64,000 nucleotides of DNA. Origin: an uncultured virus (IMG/VR IMGVR_UViG_3300029288_000154) (Duplodnaviria; Heunggongvirae; Uroviricota; Caudoviricetes). How positions within the stretch are numbered: the first letter of the stretch is position 1; every line of letters begins with the position of its first letter. Below are positions 55,229 to 63,923 of the stretch, in pieces. A model generated the notes under the pieces. That model saw nothing but the letters and a program-made list of their open reading frames with translations. It was not told where the DNA came from and made no database searches. The DNA lies in IMG/VR virus record IMGVR_UViG_3300029288_000154, one strand, 5' to 3'. Both the position numbers and the translations under genes were made by a program.

Positions 55229-55404
55229 AAAACTTTTGGAGAATTTGGGCAAAGTCTATTGGGCAAAAAGATGGAAAGACGGATAAAGATTCAGACAACA
55301 TCGCCATCGTCAGAACTCTGTTTGTTTTGTCAACTCTTTTTGGAATTTTCTTTTCAACAATAACCAACATATTCATCATAGCTGGAGTAATCAAGCATTG
55401 GTAA
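55225..55404 (+). CDS. Small membrane protein of the kind seen in T4-like phages (59 aa)
   Basis: Hand translation MKNFWRIWAKSIG.K.G..D..SD..A..RT...TNIFIIAGVIKHW. Confidence 0.7.
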   Translation: MKNFWRIWAKSIGQKDGKTDKDSDNIAIVRTLFVLSTLFGIFFSTITNIFIIAGVIKHW

Positions 55405-55601
55405 CACTTCATCTAATATGGTCAGAGTACACAGTTAACGCGTTTCGGTTTGTATCTCCAACTGATGTTATGATTCTAACCGCAGATTTCAAAGAATTTG
55501 ATTTGCCAAGAATCTCAAAAAGAAAATTGGTGGTCGTGTATAAAACTTTCGCCAAACCTAATTATTATCTTTCTGAGGCTCCTGTAATAAAGAAATGGTG
55601 A
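55398..55601 (+). CDS. Small protein, possible divergent MKI-family member
   Basis: VTLHLIW...PRISKRK. Confidence 0.4.
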   Translation: MVTLHLIWSEYTVNAFRFVSPTDVMILTADFKEFDLPRISKRKLVVVYKTFAKPNYYLSEAPVIKKW

Positions 55602-55635
55602 ATAAAAACAAAAATAACAATATAAAAGAAAGGAC

Positions 55636-55664
55636 TTGACTTTGAGTTAATTTAACCGTATATT
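55636..55664 (+). promoter_or_regulatory. sigma70-type promoter
   Basis: TTGACT-17-TATATT. Confidence 0.75.
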
Positions 55665-55686
55665 ACTAGCTGGAGAAGGAGGTTCT

Positions 55687-55950
55687 ATGCGAATTGACTT
55701 ACCAGTTCCCAAACCATTTTTCGTGATTACTGCCAAAGACGAACACAATAGAATTCTGTGTCTTCAAGATATTCACAGTATCTATACACCTGCTTGGTCT
55801 TCATTAATTACCGAATATACTAAAAAATTTGATGACAAAGCTTCGGCAGAGGAAATCAAAAAAATTCAAAATTCATCTTTTCCAGAACAAAACAAAAATC
55901 TTTCTTGCTTCAAAGTCAGGAAAGTCAAGGTAGCTTACATTTTCGAATAA
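55687..55950 (+). CDS. Hypothetical protein
   Basis: AAGGAGG SD and promoter. Confidence 0.7.
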   Translation: MRIDLPVPKPFFVITAKDEHNRILCLQDIHSIYTPAWSSLITEYTKKFDDKASAEEIKKIQNSSFPEQNKNLSCFKVRKVKVAYIFE

Positions 55951-55966
55951 ACATAAACGAGGTTGA

Positions 55967-56587
55967 ATGTATTCAGAGGAACAAGTCCTCAATACATTCC
56001 GCCAAGAAGATTATCAAAATCATTTAATCAACCAAATCAAAAAACATCATTCAATTTACAAAACTCCGATTGACGGAATTTATTTTGAGGAACTAATAAA
56101 CAACGGATTGGAATATTTCGGGATAGAAACCGATTGGAACCCACTTGACAAAAGCCACAAACAAGGCGTTGACATTTGTGGGTATAGTCTAAAAACCTGT
56201 AGATTGAAAAACAAAAAGTTTTCAATTACAAGTTTCAGAACCACAAGTCAAAAAACACTTGACGATAAATTGAAATACATAAACGAAATCGGTGATGGTA
56301 TTACTGGTTATGTTGTCTGCATGAAAGAGTTTGACAAGAAAACAACCGATTTGAAATACATGATTTATCAGTTTGACCACGGAATAGATTTTTTAGATGT
56401 TACTAATTATTCATGGAAACAAACCGATTCTGGATATACTGGAACTTTTGAAAATTACATTGCCAAAATAACTTACAGCATGAGTCACCAATTGATTTTT
56501 TCTAATTTGGAACTGGAGAAAATCCAGAAAAATGAAAAATGTCATCTGTTGTGCGGATTTCAAACTAACATAGGAGAAATGAAATGA
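55967..56587 (+). CDS. PD-(D/E)xK restriction-endonuclease-like protein (tentative)
   Basis: FEELI...SHKQGVDI...YSLKT. Confidence 0.5.
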   Translation: MYSEEQVLNTFRQEDYQNHLINQIKKHHSIYKTPIDGIYFEELINNGLEYFGIETDWNPLDKSHKQGVDICGYSLKTCRLKNKKFSITSFRTTSQKTLDDKLKYINEIGDGITGYVVCMKEFDKKTTDLKYMIYQFDHGIDFLDVTNYSWKQTDSGYTGTFENYIAKITYSMSHQLIFSNLELEKIQKNEKCHLLCGFQTNIGEMK

Positions 56588-57438
56588 ACACAGATACGCT
56601 TGAAAAAATCGTTGACACTTCTTTCTTTGTTGAAAATAAAATCAACGAAGGAAACAAAAACGCGAAAGCCAATCTTAAGAAATGTCTGCCTTTAGAAGTT
56701 CCTGTTCTACAAGAATTGGCGCAAGATACAAAGACAGATTTTATGGAAGGTTATGATAATAGATTTCCAAGAATCAATATGAGTGTTGTTAATGATTCAT
56801 ATAAACAAATCAACGGCGTTAACGTTCCTGCATTTGCTGTATATGATGTTTTCTCTCAAAATAACACATACGAAAAAGAATTTGTTATTAGTTCCACGAC
56901 AGAATACAAATACGAACATGCTCTTTCAAAACTAATGGTTCCTCACAATCCGACGATGATGAAGTTATATAATCATGTTTGGAGAAACTATGACTACGGG
57001 GGAGAAGCGCCGTTTTTGGTTTTGGGTATTAGTGGAACTATCGTTGGTTTACTCTGTACGTTTCTCCCGACACCATTTTTAATAAAATCCATATTCTTGC
57101 CAGTTGTTGTCATATCAATGTTGTCGGTGATTTATGGCATTGTCATTGCCAAATTCTCTACAAATTCTGTAGGAATCTCCCGGAAGTTCTCCCATACGTT
57201 TTCGGGGATGATTCCGGACGATGTTCGTAAAACCGTCGTCTCTGAACGACCAAAATTCAATAAGATTCTTCTTGTTGAGGAATCGTATAATTGGAAAATT
57301 GATGATTCTATTGAACTACAAAAGAAGCCAAATTCCGACCCACTAATTGTTGGTGAGATAAAAGGCAAACATTTTCTTATCACCTCGTTCGTCGTCACAC
57401 CACTTGAAAAGCTACTCGCTCAAGAATTCTCCGCATAA
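56584..57438 (+). CDS. Two-TM membrane protein
   Basis: Two hydrophobic segments; FSGMIP, DPLIVG...TPLE. Confidence 0.7.
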   Translation: MNTDTLEKIVDTSFFVENKINEGNKNAKANLKKCLPLEVPVLQELAQDTKTDFMEGYDNRFPRINMSVVNDSYKQINGVNVPAFAVYDVFSQNNTYEKEFVISSTTEYKYEHALSKLMVPHNPTMMKLYNHVWRNYDYGGEAPFLVLGISGTIVGLLCTFLPTPFLIKSIFLPVVVISMLSVIYGIVIAKFSTNSVGISRKFSHTFSGMIPDDVRKTVVSERPKFNKILLVEESYNWKIDDSIELQKKPNSDPLIVGEIKGKHFLITSFVVTPLEKLLAQEFSA

Positions 57439-57444
57439 TTTAAC

Positions 57445-57474
57445 AAAGAGCCGTTTTAACAGGCGGCTCTTTTT
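57445..57474 (+). terminator. Intrinsic terminator
   Basis: AAAGAGCCGTTT...AGGCGGCTCTTTTT. Confidence 0.75.
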
Positions 57475-57486
57475 ATTCGAGGAACA

Positions 57487-58196
57487 ATGATTTATAAATT
57501 CGGAAAAAAGAAAGAAGCTATAAACAACCAAGATTTTGAAGCGTTTAAAAAATTTCTAACCGATGAGTTTGGAAAAATATGTAATTGTAAATTTTCTATT
57601 TCTCTTCTTAATCTTCTTTGGAAGAGTGTTTCTTTTAATATGTATGGAATGACGAATTTTGAAAACGCGTTCCGATATTGTTATACCGAAAAGAATGTTC
57701 ATAATAAAAATTACCATATTGAATTTCCAAAGTTCGTTGAGAAATACAACGAGCACAAAAAAAAAATTACGATGATTGGGTTCGCCGATTCAATGTCATA
57801 TCTGCTAACTATGAATTTTTAAAAATATATTTAACAAACTTCTGTAAAAAATTTCCGGAATTAAAAACAACAGATATTTGTGAACTTAAATATAGTCAAT
57901 TAGAATTTACAAAATTTGGTTTGAATTTTCAAATAGACTTGTATAATTTAGATTGTGATTCTGTTTCAAATGTTATTATTCAATGTGGATATTTTGAGTT
58001 CAAACTTATAGATTTCGTAAACCACACCCACAAGATTGTTAAAACTATAAAGTCAAGATTAAAAGAAATAGAAAATTTACAATTATCAAGAGACAACGAA
58101 CAGAGGAAAATAGAATCCGAATATGACGAAAAGACAAAAAAGTTAAACGACGACTTCGGCAAACAAATAAACTCACTAAAACAAATAGAGGTATAA
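57487..58196 (+). pseudogene. Coiled-coil paralog split by frameshift in A10 run (57757-57766)
   Basis: One extra A joins YNEHKKK to NYDDWVRRF...LNFQIDLY and the 57921..58196 ORF. Confidence 0.65.
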
Positions 58197-58198
58197 CC

Positions 58199-58531
58199 AT
58201 GTATCACGCAAATATTGTGACTTCTACGGCCAAAACTTTGAAAGATTTTAGCGCATACAAAGTTGAAGAATCAAATGAAAAAGGAATCAAAGTAAAAATT
58301 GTTAAACTTTGTAAATGTCAAGATTGTGGAAAAGAATGTGTTGAAGATAACGAAATGATTATCAACCAAGATTTTCCTAACACGTTTCAGCAGAACATTT
58401 TCAATTTTAATTCGGAAGTTCATGGAATGTTGAAGCAAATGGGCCTGGTTAAGCTGGCAAAACTTCCTGAAACAATTCAAAGAAAAAATGAAAAGAAGAT
58501 TTGTTCAATTTGTATGCTGGAGGTAGAATGA
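58199..58531 (+). CDS. Zinc-finger hypothetical protein
   Basis: CQDC...CSIC; GAGGT SD. Confidence 0.6.
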   Translation: MYHANIVTSTAKTLKDFSAYKVEESNEKGIKVKIVKLCKCQDCGKECVEDNEMIINQDFPNTFQQNIFNFNSEVHGMLKQMGLVKLAKLPETIQRKNEKKICSICMLEVE

Positions 58532-59349
58532 TTGTTTTAGAGAAAGCTGTTGTAGGAACTAGAAGTTTCTTTACAGATGAAAATGTTCAAAAATGTAAAG
58601 AAATTGAAAAGGAATTAGTTGATAATGGTTTTACAATAGACAGACCTAGATATGGTAATAATTTTATTATTGAAAGTTATGGAGCCTCAATTCGGGTTAA
58701 AAAATATGGATTGCTGTTAACTCTAAACATCCAACAACCATCATGTAATAACAAAAATGACAAAATTGTTTTTGAATCTAACGAAAATCAAATCTTCTTT
58801 GACATCAATAAAGTCGTTGATTATTTCGAATCCTACAAGATTAAAGAAGAAAAAAGAAAGATTCGTGAAAATTGTGCAGCTTTCAACGAACCGATGTTGA
58901 TTTCTTACATTGAAGGGACTTTACATTTTGCTGGAATAGAATATGAAAAAGAAACTCAATATCACTGCACATATTTCAAAACTCCAAATTTCAAACTAAC
59001 TTATGTAAAACTACCTCCCGGAAAATTGGCGAAATTAAACATCAAAAACATTGACTTGCGTTTGGAATATACAAGAAATTCAAAAAATTATTCTTGTGAA
59101 ATAAAATTCACAAAGTTTGTTGAATCTCCTGAAACATATATGGAAGAGATTGCTACTTATATTGACGAATTGAACGCTGCGAACGAAAAGCTATGTAAGA
59201 TACGAACTGATTATGCGAACCAAATAAAACAAATCGAAGCTGAGTTGGGTAAAACCGCTCAAAAAGGTTTTGATTTGAATAAAAAGAAATATGAATCGCA
59301 AATGAAAGAAATGTTTAAGAAGAAAAATGTTGAAAATTCCAATTGCTGA
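58528..59349 (+). CDS. Hypothetical protein with C-terminal coiled coil
   Basis: GGAGG SD before ATG 58528. Confidence 0.7.
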   Translation: MIVLEKAVVGTRSFFTDENVQKCKEIEKELVDNGFTIDRPRYGNNFIIESYGASIRVKKYGLLLTLNIQQPSCNNKNDKIVFESNENQIFFDINKVVDYFESYKIKEEKRKIRENCAAFNEPMLISYIEGTLHFAGIEYEKETQYHCTYFKTPNFKLTYVKLPPGKLAKLNIKNIDLRLEYTRNSKNYSCEIKFTKFVESPETYMEEIATYIDELNAANEKLCKIRTDYANQIKQIEAELGKTAQKGFDLNKKKYESQMKEMFKKKNVENSNC

Positions 59350-59360
59350 TTTTCTAAAAG

Positions 59361-59615
59361 ATGATTGTTAATATTTTCAAAAGATTATTAGGGAAAAAGA
59401 ACCACAAACTTGTATTTAAGTGGAGTAAACGCCCATACATAATAAAAGCCGGACATTTTATATGGAATACTGTGGGATATGACGGACACACTCCAAAACC
59501 AATAGCTGTTAAATTAAATGTCGCAAGAGAAACGGTAATTTTTGAAACAGAAAATAAGTTACATAGACGCGGACTTACCATAATGAATCATCCACGTATG
59601 AGAAAATGGCAATGA
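59361..59615 (+). CDS. MKI-family protein with amphipathic N-terminal extension
   Basis: NIFKRLLG then KLVFKW...HPRMRKW. Confidence 0.6.
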   Translation: MIVNIFKRLLGKKNHKLVFKWSKRPYIIKAGHFIWNTVGYDGHTPKPIAVKLNVARETVIFETENKLHRRGLTIMNHPRMRKWQ

Positions 59616-59875
59616 TTAAAAAGTTTATTCGTAAAATTTTCCGTAGAGAGAAAATACTGAAAATAACTACAAAAATTGAAACAAAGATGGCTTTACGAAC
59701 AGCATTCACAAATCCGGCTATTTGTTACTATCATGTTAATTTTGTATTTAGAAAACGACACAATAATAAATTTTATATTAAGCTAATTACCTTTTATCAT
59801 TTCTATCTAAGAACCAAATCGTTTTCTAATAATTATGCTGATTTCAAACGGCTTCACAAATGGGATTCTAGGTGA
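59612..59875 (+). CDS. MKI-family protein with amphipathic N-terminal extension
   Basis: MIKKFIRKIF then KITTKI...FKRLHKW. Confidence 0.6.
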   Translation: MIKKFIRKIFRREKILKITTKIETKMALRTAFTNPAICYYHVNFVFRKRHNNKFYIKLITFYHFYLRTKSFSNNYADFKRLHKWDSR

Positions 59876-59991
59876 AAATTTCCATATCTTTTGTCGATGG
59901 TTATATTCAAAAAACACCCGCTTATTCTTCTCTCGTTTCATCTTTCTTCAACAAATTTAATTCAAGGATGCTGAAATGGAAATCGCGTTAA
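59872..59991 (+). CDS. Small MKI-family protein (39 aa)
   Basis: GTG start, KISISF...SRMLKW. Confidence 0.5.
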   Translation: MKISISFVDGYIQKTPAYSSLVSSFFNKFNSRMLKWKSR

Positions 59992-60275
59992 ATGATTGTA
60001 TTGGTATTCTGTTCATCAAAACAAAACATCTAAAAGAAACCTATCGTGTTGTTTATCTAACTTCTCTTGATGAACTTTATTACGATGACATTCTTGAAAA
60101 AATGACAACGGACGCTAATGTGGTTTTAGAAAATGCTCGAATTTTATTTTCAGATTCGCCGGTTCTTCTTTCGAGAGAACTTGCGTATTCTGTTGCAGAC
60201 GAAATTCAAATTGAAAAGAAATCCAAACAAGGAATTAAATTGATTTCTATTCCAACAACGGATGATGAATTTTGA
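59976..60275 (+). CDS. Hypothetical protein with HEAT-like motif
   Basis: ARILFSDSPVLLSRELAYSVA. Confidence 0.55.
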   Translation: MEIALNDCIGILFIKTKHLKETYRVVYLTSLDELYYDDILEKMTTDANVVLENARILFSDSPVLLSRELAYSVADEIQIEKKSKQGIKLISIPTTDDEF

Positions 60276-60433
60276 GAATCAAATTAAAACTGAGAATGGG
60301 CTATTCTTTTGATAACACCTGTCATTTCTTTTTATTTGCCGAGACCGATTCTGAAAAAAATTTGGAATACAAAATGTCAAGATGGTTTAGATTTCAAACA
60401 ACAAAAACAAAACGATTGAGAAAATATAAATGA
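60272..60433 (+). CDS. Small MKI-family protein (53 aa)
   Basis: TTG start, RIKLKL...KRLRKYK. Confidence 0.55.
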   Translation: MRIKLKLRMGYSFDNTCHFFLFAETDSEKNLEYKMSRWFRFQTTKTKRLRKYK

Positions 60434-60666
60434 TTAATAATTTTTTTAAAAAATTATTTTGTAGCGAAAGAGCAACAACAAAAATTATAACTCTGATTGA
60501 ACTAAATAAATTAAACACAGACTCAATTGACGTTTACTTTATTTTTAAGAATTTACAAAAAAGAACATTTAAAATAATAGCTTATGGATATTGTAACCAA
60601 ATTCAGTTTTTCACAAGCGGATATGATAAATTTCCAAGACTTCATAAATGGACGAAAAACAAATGA
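60430..60666 (+). CDS. MKI-family protein with amphipathic N-terminal extension
   Basis: MINNFFKKLF then KIITLI...FPRLHKW. Confidence 0.6.
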   Translation: MINNFFKKLFCSERATTKIITLIELNKLNTDSIDVYFIFKNLQKRTFKIIAYGYCNQIQFFTSGYDKFPRLHKWTKNK

Positions 60667-60815
60667 AAATTAACATGATGTTTTACTACGAATGTTTAAG
60701 AAATGATAATCAATGTTATCCGGGGTTCTTGATTTCCAATTCTTTTATTTATAGCGTAACAAAAAACACATGCTTGTTAAAAAGAATGGAGAAATGGAAA
60801 TGCGAATTGGATTGA
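60663..60815 (+). CDS. Small MKI-family protein (50 aa)
   Basis: MKINMMF...LKRMEKW. Confidence 0.55.
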   Translation: MKINMMFYYECLRNDNQCYPGFLISNSFIYSVTKNTCLLKRMEKWKCELD

Positions 60816-60952
60816 TTTGGCATGTGAGTAGAGTGAGAGATGAATATTCTAGATTTGGTTTTTACATTCCATTTGAAGGCTGTCGCGTATCTTTTGATTT
60901 TTGCGGCGGAAACAAAACAAGAAAAGATAGATATCAAATTAAGATAACATGA
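60800..60952 (+). CDS. Small MKI-family protein (50 aa)
   Basis: MRIGLIW...KDRYQ. Confidence 0.5.
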   Translation: MRIGLIWHVSRVRDEYSRFGFYIPFEGCRVSFDFCGGNKTRKDRYQIKIT

Positions 60953-61119
60953 TACTTAAAACAGCATTTATTCAATATCAAAACGTAACCAAGGTCAAAT
61001 TTACATGTGATGTATTTTATATTTTCGTTGCTTCTGAAAATAAATATTACATTCTAGATTTCTGTCCACCACCAAAAAGATTAGAAAAATATAACAAATT
61101 TGAGATTTTTAACAAATGA
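60949..61119 (+). CDS. Small MKI-family protein (56 aa)
   Basis: MILKTAF...PKRLEKY. Confidence 0.55.
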   Translation: MILKTAFIQYQNVTKVKFTCDVFYIFVASENKYYILDFCPPPKRLEKYNKFEIFNK

Positions 61120-61295
61120 AAATAAAACTAAAAATATTTCCAGATTATTACGGATATAACTTTGATATGGTCCATACAAAGTTCTGTATTGATTTTGAAG
61201 ACGACCCGCGTGGAGTTTTCTGGTTCAAAAAATTAACGACCAGATTTGTGAAGATGTATAAACAAGAAATTAAACTAAACAACTATTATAACTAA
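61116..61295 (+). CDS. Small MKI-family protein (59 aa)
   Basis: MKIKLKI...TTRFVKM. Confidence 0.55.
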   Translation: MKIKLKIFPDYYGYNFDMVHTKFCIDFEDDPRGVFWFKKLTTRFVKMYKQEIKLNNYYN

Positions 61296-61304
61296 GGAGA
61301 AACA

Positions 61305-62741
61305 ATGAGCAACTTTGAAAAACTAATGAAAATGTATAACGTGATTGCGAAACTCGGAACAACGTCAGCTATTCTTTCATACGACCAGCAGGTAAATATG
61401 CCCGAAGCCGGAGCAGAATATCGTGGAGATGTTCTTGAGATGATTTCTATTTCAATTGCCAAACAGTTGAAATCTACGAAATTCAATAAGCTTCTTCAAT
61501 CGTGTCTTTCAGATTCTTCTCTTTCGCCAGACCAAATGCTGATTGTTAAAGATATTGACAACTCCACAAAGTTTTCCAATAGAATTCCTGTTTCTCTTCA
61601 TGGCAAACTGTCAAAAGCTCAATCTAAATGTTCTGCGGAATGGGAAAAGGTTAAGCTTAAGAAGACAAATGATAAAAAGTATCTAAAACTCCTTGACAAC
61701 TATGTAAAGCTCGCCAAACAATCTATTTCTTATGCCAACCAAGGTGAATTCACAACTCCCTACGATTATCTTCTTTATGGTTATTCCAAAGGATTCACAT
61801 GCGAAAAGATCGAGTCTGTTTTCAATCAACTGAAGCCTTTTGTAGATTCTTCTCTTCAAAAGCTAAACAACGCAACCGAATCAAAAGAATTCTCAAAGCC
61901 GGACCACGAAGTTCTTGAATTTTGCGAATCGGTGATGACAGAAATTACTGGAACACCTGAAAAAGTTCGTCTAGCAAAATCTACACATCCGTTCTGCTCA
62001 ACATTGGGAAGAAATGATATTAGAATTACAACCCGAATCAAACCAGGAAACATTCTCGACGCAATTGGTTCAACAGTTCATGAATCCGGACATGCTACTT
62101 ATGAAGCTGGATTAGATTCGGAAAATTATGGAAATTGCCTCGGCTCTGCTGCTTCCATTGCCGCTCACGAAGGAATCTCTCTATTTTACGAAAAACACGT
62201 TGGTGAATCAGAACAAATGGCGACGAAGATTTCCGAAGAACTTGGTTTCGAATTTGATGATGTTCTTTCTTGGATGCGCGAAATCAATTCTGAAAATCTA
62301 ATCAGAACAGAATCAGATGAAATCACCTACCAGAGGCACATCATCAATCGGTTCACTATCGAAAAAGAATTGTTTAATAGTGATTTGAAAGTGAAAGACA
62401 TTCCGGCTCGTTGGAACGAACTTTACGGAAAAGATTTGTCTCCAGAAGTTGGGTATGCTGTTGATGTTCATTGGAGTAACGGAAGCTTTGGATACTTTCC
62501 TTCTTACACACTCGGACATCTAATCGCTGCTCAACTTAGAAATAAAATGGAACAAGAAATCTCTCTGTTCAACGGAAACGAAATCAACTATGAAGGAATT
62601 CGTAATTGGCTTTCTGAAAACTATTTCAAACACAGTGGAAGATACGGAACAGATGAACTTGTAAAAATTGCTACCGGTGAAGAACTAAATGCTGAACATT
62701 GGATTCGTTTCATCACTAACAAATTTAACATCGGAGAATAA
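61305..62741 (+). CDS. M32 carboxypeptidase (carboxypeptidase Taq family)
   Basis: HPFC, DIRITTR, HESGHATYE, HEG, IRTESDE, DVHWS.G.FGYFPSYTLG. Confidence 0.95.
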   Translation: MSNFEKLMKMYNVIAKLGTTSAILSYDQQVNMPEAGAEYRGDVLEMISISIAKQLKSTKFNKLLQSCLSDSSLSPDQMLIVKDIDNSTKFSNRIPVSLHGKLSKAQSKCSAEWEKVKLKKTNDKKYLKLLDNYVKLAKQSISYANQGEFTTPYDYLLYGYSKGFTCEKIESVFNQLKPFVDSSLQKLNNATESKEFSKPDHEVLEFCESVMTEITGTPEKVRLAKSTHPFCSTLGRNDIRITTRIKPGNILDAIGSTVHESGHATYEAGLDSENYGNCLGSAASIAAHEGISLFYEKHVGESEQMATKISEELGFEFDDVLSWMREINSENLIRTESDEITYQRHIINRFTIEKELFNSDLKVKDIPARWNELYGKDLSPEVGYAVDVHWSNGSFGYFPSYTLGHLIAAQLRNKMEQEISLFNGNEINYEGIRNWLSENYFKHSGRYGTDELVKIATGEELNAEHWIRFITNKFNIGE

Positions 62742-62743
62742 TA

Positions 62744-63037
62744 ATGAAAACTAAATGGACTTCCCCAAAAGACAAAATCCTTCAAATTGAAAAATCTTTG
62801 GAAATAAAGAGGCTTAAAACTAAAATAAATTCAAAAATAAAAACTAATCGTCAATATGTTCATTTTGTTAATGTCGGTAGGGATGTTTATGAGATTTCAT
62901 TTCAGGGATTAGACATTTATATAAGTCATAACAACAAACCCGAACTAATAAACGATATATGCCTTAAAACATTAGAGCTTATTGTTTTAGAAATAGAGGA
63001 AGACAGGTGTGAAGCGGACCCATCGTATCAATGGTAA
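62744..63037 (+). CDS. Hypothetical protein
   Basis: GGAG SD; helical C-terminus. Confidence 0.55.
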   Translation: MKTKWTSPKDKILQIEKSLEIKRLKTKINSKIKTNRQYVHFVNVGRDVYEISFQGLDIYISHNNKPELINDICLKTLELIVLEIEEDRCEADPSYQW

Positions 63038-63070
63038 TACTAGAAAATAACATTTTTGTAGAATAATAAA

Positions 63071-63298
63071 ATGAAAATTAAAACATCGTTTGTTTTTGAA
63101 ACAATATATTTTCTTGGCGGCCCGCGCGATTTGGTAACTATCAACTTTGAAAAAACTTCAATACAGCAAAATGGTATTGGTGAATGGTTATTATGTTTCA
63201 ACAACTCAAATCTAAAAATAAATCGTATTTTGTTAGATACGTCAGAACTACAAAGAAAACATTTCAAAATTGTTAGGATGATATTAAATGAAGATTAA
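63071..63298 (+). CDS. Small MKI-family protein
   Basis: MKIKTSF...FKIVRM. Confidence 0.55.
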   Translation: MKIKTSFVFETIYFLGGPRDLVTINFEKTSIQQNGIGEWLLCFNNSNLKINRILLDTSELQRKHFKIVRMILNED

Positions 63299-63473
63299 GT
63301 TGAAATTTACACAGCACGCTTTTTGTTTTGGTAGCGCAGGACCTATGAAATACGAACTTCAGGTTACCTTATTTGAGTTGGAACATAGAGACAAATTTAT
63401 AATTCCCATGACATCCCGTGATTCCTTACAAAAAGCTTATGAAACTTTCAAAAGAAGAATGAAATTAAAATGA
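63288..63473 (+). CDS. Small MKI-family protein
   Basis: MKIKLKF...TFKRRMKLK. Confidence 0.6.
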   Translation: MKIKLKFTQHAFCFGSAGPMKYELQVTLFELEHRDKFIIPMTSRDSLQKAYETFKRRMKLK

Positions 63474-63751
63474 AAATAATTTTAATGGTTGAACATTTTG
63501 ATAATAAATCTCCAAGAGTTTCAATTCACCATGATAAAATTGAATGGAAGAAATATTCCGAAGCATTTGGGTGTACATCCGATGGATTGAATTATGCATC
63601 AACAAGTAAAAAATCCGTGACATCCCATCTTCTATATTACATCAACAACTCTCACACATTTTTCAAAATCAACAACATAAATATATCAAGATTTTTAAAA
63701 TTTCTTGATAAAACGAAATTCAAAATATTTGAAAATAACAACTATAATTGA
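63470..63751 (+). CDS. Small MKI-family protein
   Basis: MKIILMV...SRFLKF. Confidence 0.55.
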   Translation: MKIILMVEHFDNKSPRVSIHHDKIEWKKYSEAFGCTSDGLNYASTSKKSVTSHLLYYINNSHTFFKINNINISRFLKFLDKTKFKIFENNNYN

Positions 63752-63923
63752 CAATAGTTTTGATATACTATGTATTACTTTTGGGTTGTCAACTCAAATT
63801 TCTGAAAACTTACAAGTTACGGAAAGTGAGTTAAATAAACATAACAAGTTTCTAATCCCCGAGTTCAATTGTAAAGTTTATAAATCCTATGTTACTTTCA
63901 AAAGAAGAATGAAACTCCTGTGA
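63705..63923 (+). CDS. Small MKI-family protein
   Basis: KITTII...LQVT..EL...KF.IP...TFKRRMKLL; close paralog of 63288..63473. Confidence 0.6.
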   Translation: MIKRNSKYLKITTIIDNSFDILCITFGLSTQISENLQVTESELNKHNKFLIPEFNCKVYKSYVTFKRRMKLL

